Source: Cyanobacteriota bacterium (GTDB lineage Bacteria; Cyanobacteriota; Cyanobacteriia; PCC-6307; Cyanobiaceae). Taken from it: a stretch of 64,000 nt of DNA. The stretch is from positions 10 through 64,009 of the forward strand of contig JBKCPG010000120.1 of assembly GCA_046309395.1 (NCBI GenBank). The letters are read 5' to 3'. Shown in pieces: positions 9,469 through 19,042 of this stretch. The notes beneath the pieces are model-generated. The model saw nothing but the letters and a program-made list of their open reading frames with translations, searched no databases and had not been told where the DNA came from. The stretch's first letter is position 1, and each line of letters begins with the position of its first letter. A program made the position numbers and the translations under genes.

Positions 9469-9950
9469 CACAAACTCACCGTGCGCATGCGTGTGTAACT
9501 GAGTTTCAAGCTTTCAATCAGGAGATCCTCGCTTTTGGCACTCAGGCTGTTGACCTGCCAAGAGATCGGGAAAGCCTCGCTGAAGAGATAGGCGCTGGTA
9601 GGAACGGCCTGCTCCGAATAGATGGTGATCAGCACATCGGAGCGGATGAACCTGAAGTCGTTGAATGTCGCCTGGATCTGCTTGGTGAGCGGAGAGCCCA
9701 CCACCATGCCCCGCCTCAACTCCAGATCGCCATACTCGATTCCGGTGGGGATCAGCCGTTTGCTGAGCCTGGCGGCGGCGGAAAGATCCGGCTTGGTCGT
9801 GATGGTGGCTTGCAACCCCGACACCTCTTGGAAGCGAATGTCCACTGGGTTGGCGATGGTGCCTGAGGCAAAGAAAAACACACCAAACCTGTGGGTCATC
9901 GGCGGCGCCAACGCCGCGCTCAGGGATGGAGGTGGCAGGGGTGAGGCCAT
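9468..9950 (-). CDS. T4 gp19-like tube protein, Afp5-like
   Basis: HRFGVFF...DIRFQEVSGL...YGDLELRRG...AFPISWQV...IESLKLSY. Confidence 0.88.
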   Translation of the reverse strand: MASPLPPPSLSAALAPPMTHRFGVFFFASGTIANPVDIRFQEVSGLQATITTKPDLSAAARLSKRLIPTGIEYGDLELRRGMVVGSPLTKQIQATFNDFRFIRSDVLITIYSEQAVPTSAYLFSEAFPISWQVNSLSAKSEDLLIESLKLSYTRMRTVSL

Positions 9951-9958
9951 GGCGGTGC

Positions 9959-10399
9959 TTACAGGGGGTGCTTGATCGACCAGCCAGCGGCTCGGATCTC
10001 CAGGGTGTCGATGAACACCTCACCACCTTTGGCGTCCAGGCTGGCACCGGTCAATTTCACGGGAATCGCCCGATTCGCCTGCCAGGCCATCACCGCGCCC
10101 CCATCCGCCGCGCAGAGCTGCACCTGCAGCAGACGGGCGTCCCCCTCCCGCAGCCAGTCGTGCAGGGATGAATCCGCCGCCAACACGCCCTGTTGCAGGG
10201 TGAGCGTGGTGTACGCCTCCACACGGTAGAGGCCAATGGATTCCCCATCGAGGAAGGACAGACCATCTCGATAGGTGATGGCCTTGCGCTCCCAGACCAG
10301 GCCATCCACTTTGGAGAAGCGCATGGTGATGTGGTCGACCACCACGCGGTAGTTGTAGGCGACCAGTGGATAGGCCAACGACGCGAGAGGTGCCGCCAT
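9959..10399 (-). CDS. T4 gp19-like tube protein paralog 2
   Basis: YPLVAYNYRV...FSKVDGL...YRDG...LTLQQG...AIPVKLTGASLDAKGGEVFIDTLEI. Confidence 0.85.
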   Translation of the reverse strand: MAAPLASLAYPLVAYNYRVVVDHITMRFSKVDGLVWERKAITYRDGLSFLDGESIGLYRVEAYTTLTLQQGVLAADSSLHDWLREGDARLLQVQLCAADGGAVMAWQANRAIPVKLTGASLDAKGGEVFIDTLEIRAAGWSIKHPL

Positions 10400-10402
10400 C
10401 GA

Positions 10403-10873
10403 TCAACTTTCCTCCATGCTGATGAAATCCGCCTGAAGATCCAAGGTTTCGATGGCGGCGTCATTGCTCTTCGCGTCGAAGGTGGGTGCCGAGAGTTTGG
10501 TGGGAAAGGCATTGGTGGCCTTCCAGGACACCACCGGATCGCCCTTCTCGTCACAGAGGCGAATGAAGACGTCCCGTTTCTTCACCTGGTTGGTTTGCAC
10601 GGTTTGAATCCAGCCGTAGAGCATCTTGATGCTCACGCCTTTCACAAGGCCCTTCTTCAGACTGATGGTGGCGGCGGTGCGCTGGCCGGGGAAGTAGAGG
10701 GTGCGGGGACCGGCCTGAGTGCCCACAGGACTTTCTTTGTAGGTGCCAACCTCATAGCCGATCGTGAGGCCGGAAACCTCGGAAAAGGCGATGGCTTCGC
10801 TGTCGATCTCCACTCTGTAATTGTAGGCCGGCAGAGGGTATTCATTGCGAATGGTCTCGGGAGTGGTGGCCAT
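10403..10873 (-). CDS. T4 gp19-like inner tube protein (Afp1-like)
   Basis: YPLPAYNYRVEI...FSEVSGL...ISLKKG...NAFPTKLSAPTFDAKSNDAAIETLDL. Confidence 0.93.
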   Translation of the reverse strand: MATTPETIRNEYPLPAYNYRVEIDSEAIAFSEVSGLTIGYEVGTYKESPVGTQAGPRTLYFPGQRTAATISLKKGLVKGVSIKMLYGWIQTVQTNQVKKRDVFIRLCDEKGDPVVSWKATNAFPTKLSAPTFDAKSNDAAIETLDLQADFISMEES

Positions 10874-10931
10874 GGCGATGGGGGGGATGAAGGGGTCTGG
10901 AGATTGGGACGTAAACGATCAGGGGCGGGAC

Positions 10932-12419
10932 TCACTGGGCAAGCTTGTGGCTGAAACGCAAGATGATGAATTCCGCTGGTCGCACTGCGGCCAGGCCGAT
11001 CTCCACGATCAGGCGGCCATTAAGAATATCATCTTGGGTCATGGTTTTATTGAGGCCTACATTCACAAAATACGCGTCTTCAGCTTTTGTTCCCCTGAGA
11101 GCTCCTTTTTCCCAAAGGGTGTAGAGGTAGCTGTCAATCATTCCCTTCACCTTCAGCCATGTCGAGGTGTCGTTGGCTTCAAAGACGGCAAAGGCGGTGG
11201 CCTTCTTGACCGCCTCCTCAATGGTGATGAAGAGCCGGCGCACGGAAATGTACCGCCATTCATTGTCGTTGCCCGCCAGCGTCCGGGCCCCCCACACCAA
11301 GGTGCCCTTACCGGCGAAGGCGCGAATCGCGTTGATCGACTTGCCGGTGGTGGGATCAATGTTGAGCAGACCCTGCTGATCATCCGTCACTTGCACCGTT
11401 GGCCCGACCACAGCCTGCAAGCTCACGTTGGCGGGTGCTTTCCAGACGCCTCGGTCGCGATCCACGCTAGCGATCACGCCGGCGATGGCTGCGCTGGGCG
11501 GCAAAATCACCCGCTGCTCACCGAGGAGCTTCTTGATTTGGTTGTGGTGACTTGTTTGTGTTTGCGCCAGGGACGCCAGGGTGACGGTTGCCGCCTGACC
11601 GGTTGCGGCGGGTGGGGCGGGGGAGAGGCTGTCCCCACTCCCGCCACTCGCCGCGTTGGTCGGTTGAGCTGAGCCGCCGCCGCTGGGGCCGCTTGGGGCT
11701 GGCAAGCCCGTTATCTGGATCTTGTCCTCGGTGAACCGATGCCCAAGGGTGGTGAGCAGGTGGGGATAGAAGATCGCCCCACGATCGAGATTGGTCGCTC
11801 CCAAGGCGCCGCGAATGGCCTCCAGGTCCGCCGTTGTGAATCCCCGCAATCCGCTTGTCTTGGTATCCAGAATCACAAAACGGTCTTTCATCTTTGCGGC
11901 GTGGCTGAGGGCCTTCTGGCACAATTCGCCATAATCTCCATCCCCGAGCCGCGCGGCCTCGGGGATGATGACAAGGGTGGGCTCGTCATAGCGTTCGAGC
12001 GCGTCCACACCCTTCAGGAGATCAGCCTTCGCGGTGGAGGAACCAGCGACGCTGGCGGGGCCAACGGAGACCACATAGCAACGGCCACCACCATTGCGGA
12101 AGTACAAGTCGATGGCGTACCAGAGCACATTCTTGGGCTCCGAGAAACGCTCGAAGGACAGGTCTTCGAGCCCTGAAATGGAAAAGCTCTGGGTGGTCGC
12201 GTCAAAGGCCACTGTCCACTCGGCCGCTGGCGCGCGTCCAAACTTCTCCTCAAACTCGCGAAGAGAGTTGACGTCTTGCACCACAACTTCCCCCTCTTTC
12301 AAGTGGGTTTCCGTGGTGCCAATGAAGGCTGGGATCGCCGTGCTGATCTCGGCGACGGAAGGAGGAAGCGTGGAAATTTCCTCGACATAAACCCCGGGAG
12401 TGGCGTAGGCGGCAGACAT
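10932..12419 (-). CDS. Contractile tail sheath protein
   Basis: Start at MSAAYATPGVYVEE; RGVWKAPANV, SINAIRAF.GKGTLVWGARTLAGNDNEWRYISVRR, AAVRPAEFIILRF. Confidence 0.96.
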   Translation of the reverse strand: MSAAYATPGVYVEEISTLPPSVAEISTAIPAFIGTTETHLKEGEVVVQDVNSLREFEEKFGRAPAAEWTVAFDATTQSFSISGLEDLSFERFSEPKNVLWYAIDLYFRNGGGRCYVVSVGPASVAGSSTAKADLLKGVDALERYDEPTLVIIPEAARLGDGDYGELCQKALSHAAKMKDRFVILDTKTSGLRGFTTADLEAIRGALGATNLDRGAIFYPHLLTTLGHRFTEDKIQITGLPAPSGPSGGGSAQPTNAASGGSGDSLSPAPPAATGQAATVTLASLAQTQTSHHNQIKKLLGEQRVILPPSAAIAGVIASVDRDRGVWKAPANVSLQAVVGPTVQVTDDQQGLLNIDPTTGKSINAIRAFAGKGTLVWGARTLAGNDNEWRYISVRRLFITIEEAVKKATAFAVFEANDTSTWLKVKGMIDSYLYTLWEKGALRGTKAEDAYFVNVGLNKTMTQDDILNGRLIVEIGLAAVRPAEFIILRFSHKLAQ

Positions 12420-12482
12420 GGAATGGCGACGGTGGGGTGGGGCGGTGGCGATGGCGGCCAACGGAGACCGCGGAGCATCTCG

Positions 12483-13112
12483 TTACTGGTTCAGGGGCAG
12501 CCCCCGCGGTGGGGCGCGAAGGTGAAGGCTCTTTTGGAGCCGAGGTTCGATGACCTCCACCGGGGTGGGTTGATGCTTTGTGGCTGGCCCTAGGAACGTC
12601 AGGCAGTGAAGCCGATACAGAAGGGCGGGCTGCAGGGATGTTTTGAGGGCGCTCCAAATTTCATTCTGCTGCTGAAATGAGAGTGAGACCAATTCGCAGG
12701 TCAGGCGTCGTAGGCCGTTTGGGAGATCGTTGTCCGTCTCTGGGTCAAACAGGGGATGGGCCTGAAAAAAACCAATGACGTGTGACAACTGATTCCAGGC
12801 ATGGGCATGATCTTTGAACTTCGCGACAAACAGCAGCGAGATTTCCAGATGGATGTCCGGATGATGGCGCTCTACTCCACCTCCTTCTCCCGACGGTCGT
12901 TGATGTCGGTTGGCGTCCCTGAATTCGCGTTCTTCCCGCACGTTCACGACCACCATCCCGATGCTCCCCAGGGGGACGGTGAATGGATCCAGCTTGTCGC
13001 CCTCCACAAACACCACCCGATCCGCTGTGCTGCCATCACTCTCCAGGGCGAGGGCTGAGCGCAGATGGGCGTCCACCCGTTTGCGCAGATAGACCAGGGC
13101 GGAGCCAATCAT
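12483..13112 (-). CDS. DUF4255 / Pvc16-like tube-sheath terminator (cap)
   Basis: Start at MIGSALVYL; VVNVREERE, LLFVA, VIGFFQAHPLF, LVSLSFQQQNEIWSAL...PALLY. Confidence 0.88.
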   Translation of the reverse strand: MIGSALVYLRKRVDAHLRSALALESDGSTADRVVFVEGDKLDPFTVPLGSIGMVVVNVREEREFRDANRHQRPSGEGGGVERHHPDIHLEISLLFVAKFKDHAHAWNQLSHVIGFFQAHPLFDPETDNDLPNGLRRLTCELVSLSFQQQNEIWSALKTSLQPALLYRLHCLTFLGPATKHQPTPVEVIEPRLQKSLHLRAPPRGLPLNQ

Positions 13113-13408
13113 GAGCTTGAGGTCGGGCCGCCATCTCTGGGCGGACTCTCGCCCTTCGCCGGATGGATGGACCACCTCATCGGTTGTGTCCCCCTTCTCT
13201 CGCCGAGCGCCTGTCTCTCGCGCTCAAAGCGCCCTTGAACTCTCGTGGAGCCTGGAGGCAGCCTGAGGGATTCTTCATCGCTCAAGAGACTTGAGACTCA
13301 CCCTAGACATCCGCCCAGGCTCCCTCCTCTCTCTTCGTGATTCTTCATTGGTGGCGTTCTCCACCGCCGGACCAACCACGCCCCGAGACCGGGCCGGCTG
13401 GCCTGGCT

Positions 13409-14275
13409 TTACCCCACCAGCAACCGGTACGCGGCGTCGATTCGGCGGAAGGCCTCCACATTGCCCCCCAGGTCGGGGTGATGGGCTTTGGCCAGGCGCC
13501 AGTAGGCCCGCTTGATGGCTTGAGGGGTGGCGCCGCCCTCCAAGCCCAGCAAGCGCAGCGCCTCCCGCCTGCGGGGATCCAACGGGTCGCCGGTTTCCCT
13601 CGAGCCGGCGGCGCTCCCCGCCCCGCCGTCGCTGGGGCTTCCGGCCCCCGGAGTCTTCGACCCTCGCCCCGAGGACTCCTCGCCAGCCTGGCTGTGGTTT
13701 TCGGTGCGGGTGCCGCGCCGGGGCCCCTGCCCCGGTCCCCGCTGGCGCTCCTGTTGGCGCTCCAATCGCCGCGCCCGCTGGCGCAGTTCCTCCACCACCC
13801 GCAGGGGCTCCTCACTGAGCCACTCGATCGCCCGGGGCCCGTAGAGGGCGAAGGCGGCCCGCACCGCCCAGCGGCCTCGGCTGTGGGGACCCCGCAGGAC
13901 GGCCCCCAGCTCGGCACCGAGTCCAGGGGCCTGGCGATCCAGTTCCTCCTCCAGCGTGAGGGTGGGGTCCCACCAGTGGCGGCGCAGCTCCTCCACCACC
14001 CCCCGCAGGCCACCGGGTGGCCCCACCCGCAGGGAGCCCCAGGCGGGATGGCGGGCCATGGCCTCACACCACCGTTCCACCCCCTCGACGCTGAGGCCCG
14101 CGGCAGGGCTGGTGGTCACCCGGTGCTGGCCACCAGAGCGCCGCCCTTCGAGCAGCTGGCGCAGGGCCCGCACCTCCCGCCGCAGGGCCTCGTTCTCCGC
14201 CAGCAGGGCGTCCACGTTGGCGGTGATCGGCCGGCTTCCTGGAGAGGTCCGCCAGTGGCGGGGATCAAAACCCAT
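13409..14275 (-). CDS. Class C J-domain protein (C-terminal DnaJ domain, N-terminal coiled coil)
   Basis: ALRLLGL...[28 protein letters not shown] with intact HPD. Confidence 0.88.
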   Translation of the reverse strand: MGFDPRHWRTSPGSRPITANVDALLAENEALRREVRALRQLLEGRRSGGQHRVTTSPAAGLSVEGVERWCEAMARHPAWGSLRVGPPGGLRGVVEELRRHWWDPTLTLEEELDRQAPGLGAELGAVLRGPHSRGRWAVRAAFALYGPRAIEWLSEEPLRVVEELRQRARRLERQQERQRGPGQGPRRGTRTENHSQAGEESSGRGSKTPGAGSPSDGGAGSAAGSRETGDPLDPRRREALRLLGLEGGATPQAIKRAYWRLAKAHHPDLGGNVEAFRRIDAAYRLLVG

Positions 14276-14445
14276 CAGGGTCGAGGAGCCGAGCGCCGCC
14301 TATTGTGGCCCCACTGGCTAGCGCCCCCGAGGGACGGCTGGTGGAGGGATTGCCCCCAACGTGCCCTCGGGCGCGGTTGGCGGGTTCGCGCCCCGCGCCC
14401 ATTCCCGCTAAAAACTCACCCCTGTCGTCCTCAGAATCCCTCCCC

Positions 14446-15159
14446 ATGGATCTCTCCCAGCCCCGCACCCAGGCCAACCTCGAAGCCGCCTTCGGGGGAG
14501 AGAGCATGGCCAATCGCAAATACCTCTTTTTTGCCGACGTGGCGAAAACCCTGGGGGACGCCGACCTCGCCCGATTGTTTCGCGACACCGCGGCTCAAGA
14601 GACGGAGCACGCCTTTGCCCACTTCCGTCTGTTGCATCCCGAACTGGTGATCGACAACCCCAAGGCCCTCAGCGCTGAAGAGAAGCGGAAGGTGTTGGCC
14701 CGCTGCCTGGAGCTGGCGATTGAAGGGGAAACCTACGAGTACACCACCATGTACCCGGAGTTCGCCTCCCAAGCCCGGGCCGATCGAGATGGAGAGGCCG
14801 CCGCCGAGTTTGTGGCCCAGGAAGACGAGGCGAGGGAGCACGCGGCGATCTTCCGCCGCGCCGCCAGCAACTTTGGCTTTCTCGCGCCGATTGAGCGGCA
14901 CCACGCGGAGCGCTACGGCGTCGCCTTGGATGCCCTGCGGGGCAAGGGCAGCGCCGGTGAGGCGGACACCCCGGTGGCGGGGAAATGGATCTGCAAGGTG
15001 TGTTCGATGATCTACGACCCGGCCGTGGGCGACCCGGAATCGGGCATCGCCCCGGGCACCCCGTTTGAGGCCATCCCCGACACCTGGGTTTGCCCCATCT
15101 GCGGCACCCGCAAGGCCAACTTCATCCCCTATCGGGAGCCCCAGCTGGAGGCGGCCTGA
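14446..15159 (+). CDS. Rubrerythrin with C-terminal rubredoxin domain
   Basis: [30 protein letters not shown] diiron ligands; CKVC...WVCPICG rubredoxin. Confidence 0.92.
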   Translation: MDLSQPRTQANLEAAFGGESMANRKYLFFADVAKTLGDADLARLFRDTAAQETEHAFAHFRLLHPELVIDNPKALSAEEKRKVLARCLELAIEGETYEYTTMYPEFASQARADRDGEAAAEFVAQEDEAREHAAIFRRAASNFGFLAPIERHHAERYGVALDALRGKGSAGEADTPVAGKWICKVCSMIYDPAVGDPESGIAPGTPFEAIPDTWVCPICGTRKANFIPYREPQLEAA

Positions 15160-15174
15160 GGCGGGGCGCCGCCC

Positions 15175-16095
15175 TCACCCCAGCTCCAGGCAGGCCAGGC
15201 CGTACACATCCGCCAGCGTCACCCTCGGGGCCGGGCCCCGATACATGCGGAGCGTGTGGCTGAGGGGGGCGAACCCCAAGGCTTCCAGCACCCGCCCCGC
15301 CCCGGGATTGGCGCCGGGCACATCGATCAGCGCCGTTCCTGGCTGGCGCTGGAGCAAGCCCTCCAGCAGGGCCTGGGCCGCGTCGGGGCCATCGGCCACC
15401 AGGGGGCCGATTCGCCACCCTTCCCCCTCTTTCAGCAGGCAGGGGCGAATCCGGCCAAAGCCATGGCACGTGCCCGCCTGATCCATCAGGGCATGCACCG
15501 TTCCCGCCGGATGGTGGAGCCACTGGCGCAGGACGTGGGGGCGGGGGGAAGGCTCCCGCTGGGCATCAAAGCGCTGCACCGACCCTTCCGGGATGGCGGC
15601 CCCCTCCAGCAGACACCAGGGGCTCAGGGGCCGGGAGGTGGCGGAGGGCGCCAACTCCTCCGGCCTGGACGGCCAGGGCGGCGGAATGGCGATGTCGCGA
15701 TCCCCGGGCCGCCACCAACGGGTGGTGGGGGAGGCCGGCGCGAACCCCCAACTGGCGTAATCCTCCACCCGATCCAGGGCGGCCTCCAGGCCCACACAAG
15801 GCACATCCGCCAGATGGCCCAGGGCGTGGCTCCAAAGCGCCAGGCCGTAACCCTTCCCCCTGTGCTCTGGCACCACGAGAAAGAGGCCAATGAAGCCGTA
15901 GGCGGCGTTGTAGCGCACGCCGGCGACGCAGCCCACAGGCTCCGGCCCGAGCCAGCCCACCCAAAGACCTTGCCGATCGGTCTGGCGGTAGATGGCCACA
16001 TCGCCCAGCCCGGGGGTGAAGCCCTCTCGCCGCGCCCAGCCGGTCACGGTGGGGATGTCGCCAGGGGTGAGGGGGCGGATCGAGAGGGGAGTCAA
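15175..16095 (-). CDS. GNAT N-acetyltransferase (two-domain, YitH-like)
   Basis: FIGLFLVVPEHRGKGYGLALW acetyl-CoA motif; probable TTG start overlapping the NYN stop. Confidence 0.85.
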   Translation of the reverse strand: MTPLSIRPLTPGDIPTVTGWARREGFTPGLGDVAIYRQTDRQGLWVGWLGPEPVGCVAGVRYNAAYGFIGLFLVVPEHRGKGYGLALWSHALGHLADVPCVGLEAALDRVEDYASWGFAPASPTTRWWRPGDRDIAIPPPWPSRPEELAPSATSRPLSPWCLLEGAAIPEGSVQRFDAQREPSPRPHVLRQWLHHPAGTVHALMDQAGTCHGFGRIRPCLLKEGEGWRIGPLVADGPDAAQALLEGLLQRQPGTALIDVPGANPGAGRVLEALGFAPLSHTLRMYRGPAPRVTLADVYGLACLELG

Positions 16096-16631
16096 GGCTC
16101 CTTGTCGATCGCCGGATGGAGATCTTCCAGCCAAATCACATTATCCGCGTACGACTGGAGATCGGTGGACAGGTTGTCCTGGGACCCGCAGATCCATACT
16201 TCTTTGTGCAGCTCCGATTTGACATAGGAGATCGCGTCCTCGAAGTCTCCGTCCCCCGCGCAAAGAAGCAGCCGGTCGTACACCCCTTGGGCCGCCATCT
16301 TGACAATCAGTGTCGCGATGCCGACGTCCACTCCTTTCTGCACCTCGCGAACAGAGTCGGTTCCACAGTGTTGGCAGGTGATGTGGAGATCCTTCAACCG
16401 ATACAGTTGCACTCGGATCTTGGGGCCCCGGGGAGGCGCCGATTTCAGCCAGGTGTGGAAGCCGTTCTGGGCATCGGAAGAGGGATCCCGGGTGGAGTTG
16501 AGGTAATAGGCCTCATAGAACGGATCCCCATTCAGCCGCACCAACTCCGATTTGAGTTTGAGGTAGTCGAATGGTCGGCTCCGCCCGTGGTTGAACAGGT
16601 AGGCGCCGTCAATGATCCAGACGGTTCTCAT
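16092..16631 (-). CDS. NYN/LabA-like (PIN-fold) domain protein
   Basis: IIDGAY, QKGVDVGIA, AGDGDFEDA acidic motifs; CQHC insert. Confidence 0.88.
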   Translation of the reverse strand: MRTVWIIDGAYLFNHGRSRPFDYLKLKSELVRLNGDPFYEAYYLNSTRDPSSDAQNGFHTWLKSAPPRGPKIRVQLYRLKDLHITCQHCGTDSVREVQKGVDVGIATLIVKMAAQGVYDRLLLCAGDGDFEDAISYVKSELHKEVWICGSQDNLSTDLQSYADNVIWLEDLHPAIDKEP

Positions 16632-16645
16632 CGCTTCATCCTCCC

Positions 16646-18889
16646 TCACCGCCCTCGCACCAGCACCGGCACCCGCTTGAAGGCGGGTGTGCCGCTCTCG
16701 GCGTCGATCACCGCCCGCATCAACACGTTGGCCTCGGGGTAGAACATCAGCCCCGCGCCGCGGCGGATCGAGCCAGGGATCACCTCAATCCCGTCCAGCT
16801 CCCCCGCCTCGCCTCGCACCCGCACCCGCTGATGGGCCACCAGGCCACTGGCGGTGATGTCGGTGGGGTTCATCAGGATCGTGTGGCGATGCGGCATGCC
16901 GCGATAGCTGTCGCCCGCTTTGTAGACAACGGTGTTGTGCTGGCCGTAGCTTCGGGCGGTGATCAGGCTCAGCACCAATCCAGGTTCCCCTGGGGCCAAC
17001 CCCCCGAAATGGTCGGCCTCCGGCAGCCCCAGCTCCGGTAGCGGAGTGACCACCAGCTGGGCCCGACCGCTCTCCGTGGCGAAGCGGGGTTCGGGAAAGA
17101 CCCGGCCGCCCACCTCGAATTCGCGATGGCTTTCGTCGATGTCCCCGATGGCCTCGTAGCCGGGCACCGTGCGGGCGATCAGCTCCCTCACGTAGACGGG
17201 ATCCCGCAGACGGCGCCAGTCGATCGGCGTCTCGCCATGCAGACGGTGAGCCAACTCGGCGAGGAAATCCACCTCGCTGATGAGCAGGCCGCTCCGCAGG
17301 TGGGTGGTGCCTGGTTCGTTGAGTCGCACCCAGTTGTTGCCGGATTCCACGGTCGTGCGGTGCGGCGTCTCAAACCGGTTGAACACCGGCAGCAGCAGGG
17401 TTTGGCGGGCGCCCAGACCGTGGAAATGGCCCGTGTTGGCTTTGGTGGCCAGATAGATGATGGTGTCGATCGCGCCCAGGGCGTGCTGGGCCTGGCCGCT
17501 GTCGGGATTGGCGCCGTAGAGGTTGCCCCCCAGGCAGAGCAGCGTGTCCACCTCTCCGCGGTGGGCGGCCTCGATCAGGGCGCGGGTGTCGTAGCCCGGC
17601 ACTCGGCTGAGGGGCTTGTTCAGCAGCCGCTCCAGGGCCCGCCGCATGGGTTCACGGAGCCGGACCGTCACCCCCATGGATCCGAAGCCCTGCACGTTGG
17701 AGTGGCCGCGGATGGGCATCGTGCCCGCCCCGGGCCGGCCCACGTTGCCCGTGAGCACGGCCGTGTTGGCGATGGCCCGCACGTTGCTGGTGCCGTTGGC
17801 GTGGTGCGTGATGCCCATGGCCCAGGCGAACACCACGGCGCGGCACGCGGCCAGTCGGGCGGCGGTGTGCTCAAGTTCCTCGCGGCTCAGGCCGCAACAG
17901 CGGGTGATCGCTTCCCAGCTGGTGGCCTCAATCTGGGTGATCAGTTCCCGCCAGCCCTCAGCGTGGGCCTTCACAAAGTCCCAGGCGATGGCGCCCCGCT
18001 CCAACAGCGCCTTCTGGATCCCCAGAAACACCGCCACGTCGGAGCCGGGCACCGGCTGGAGAAACAGCGAGGCGATGTCGCTGCCGCCGCCCAGCATCGA
18101 GCGAATCGGAAAGGCCGGCGAGCCAAATTTCAGCAGACCCGCCTCCAACACGGGGTTGATCACAATCACCGTGCCGCCCCGTTCCCGCAGGCGGATGAGC
18201 TCATTCATCAGCCGGGGATGATTGGCTGGCGCGTTGGAGCCCACCAGCACCACCCCATCGGCTTGGTGGAGGCTGTCCAGATTCACCATGGAGGTGCCGC
18301 TGCCAAACGCCTTGCCCAAGCCCACGGTGGAGGGGGAGTGGCAAAGGTCGGAGCAGTCGGCGAGGTTGTTGGAGCCCAGGGCCCTCAGCAGCAGTTGCAG
18401 CAAAAAAGCCGCCTCATTGGAGGAGCGGCCTGAGCTGTAGGAGGCCACCCGCTCGGCGGGCGGGGCGCGAAAGGCCTCGGCGGTGAGGGCCTGGGCCTCC
18501 TCCCAATCAAGGGGTTCATAGTGCGCGCCGCCCTCCCGCAGGATCAGGGGCCGATCCAGCCGGCCGAGCCGGTCGCAGTCGGCGGAGCTGAGCTGTCGCA
18601 GCTCCGCCGCGGTCCGCCCGGCGAACACCTCGGAGGGCACCGCCGGCTGAAGTTCGGCGCTGATGGCCTCCACGCTTTTGAGGCAGCGCTGCAAGGGTTC
18701 CCCCAGTTCATCGCGGAAGCCGCCGTTTTGGCCGCCGGTGCCCCAGGCGCAGGAGAGGCAGGCGCTTTGGTGAGTGAGCGTTCGCCAGAGGCGGGGGCCG
18801 GTGGGGGAGACGGTGGCGCGGGCCCAGCCGTCGATTAGGGGCCAGCCGCCGCCCGCGGTGGCGTCCTCCGGGCTGGGATCGGCGGGCAT
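16646..18889 (-). CDS. FdhF/YdeP family molybdopterin oxidoreductase
   Basis: CLSCAW, SSGRSSNEAAFL, NNLADCSDLCHSPS, PIRGHSNVQG, C-terminal molydopterin-binding ITARSYGQHNT...FYPEAN; start set at MPADPSPE. Confidence 0.9.
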   Translation of the reverse strand: MPADPSPEDATAGGGWPLIDGWARATVSPTGPRLWRTLTHQSACLSCAWGTGGQNGGFRDELGEPLQRCLKSVEAISAELQPAVPSEVFAGRTAAELRQLSSADCDRLGRLDRPLILREGGAHYEPLDWEEAQALTAEAFRAPPAERVASYSSGRSSNEAAFLLQLLLRALGSNNLADCSDLCHSPSTVGLGKAFGSGTSMVNLDSLHQADGVVLVGSNAPANHPRLMNELIRLRERGGTVIVINPVLEAGLLKFGSPAFPIRSMLGGGSDIASLFLQPVPGSDVAVFLGIQKALLERGAIAWDFVKAHAEGWRELITQIEATSWEAITRCCGLSREELEHTAARLAACRAVVFAWAMGITHHANGTSNVRAIANTAVLTGNVGRPGAGTMPIRGHSNVQGFGSMGVTVRLREPMRRALERLLNKPLSRVPGYDTRALIEAAHRGEVDTLLCLGGNLYGANPDSGQAQHALGAIDTIIYLATKANTGHFHGLGARQTLLLPVFNRFETPHRTTVESGNNWVRLNEPGTTHLRSGLLISEVDFLAELAHRLHGETPIDWRRLRDPVYVRELIARTVPGYEAIGDIDESHREFEVGGRVFPEPRFATESGRAQLVVTPLPELGLPEADHFGGLAPGEPGLVLSLITARSYGQHNTVVYKAGDSYRGMPHRHTILMNPTDITASGLVAHQRVRVRGEAGELDGIEVIPGSIRRGAGLMFYPEANVLMRAVIDAESGTPAFKRVPVLVRGR

Positions 18890-19042
18890 GGATGGCGAGC
18901 AGTCGGTGGGCTCATTCAAGCGAGATGTCCGAAGCGTTGGGGGAAAGCGATCTCCGCCTGGCGAGGCCAAAAAACTCGCTTTCACGGTGATTACAATTTA
19001 ACCGCGCGGGTATTGGTGTAGGGAATTTGCCAATAGAATCCC

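Larger units (their letters stand above)
1..13112 (-). other. Extracellular contractile injection system (eCIS, Afp/PVC/MAC-like) gene cluster, 3' part outside window
   Basis: 13 co-oriented, tightly spaced or overlapping genes: DUF4255 cap, sheath, 3 tube-family genes, DUF5908, LysM/Afp7, VgrG, PAAR, small orphan, gp25, baseplate J-like, fibre. No capsid, terminase or T6SS membrane-complex genes in the window. Confidence 0.93.

Noticed and set aside
1-13112. Prophage or T6SS interpretation of the tail genes
   Set aside because: No capsid, portal, terminase, integrase or TssJLM/ClpV genes. DUF4255, DUF5908, Afp7-LysM and Afp11 are eCIS hallmarks.
13409-14275. J-domain gene as a dedicated eCIS assembly chaperone
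   Set aside because: Co-oriented but about 300 nt away, and it looks like a conserved picocyanobacterial gene. There is no sequence evidence of linkage.
15175-16631. GNAT plus NYN as a toxin-antitoxin pair
   Set aside because: The GNAT is a long two-domain type rather than a short AtaT-like toxin, and no small antitoxin is present.
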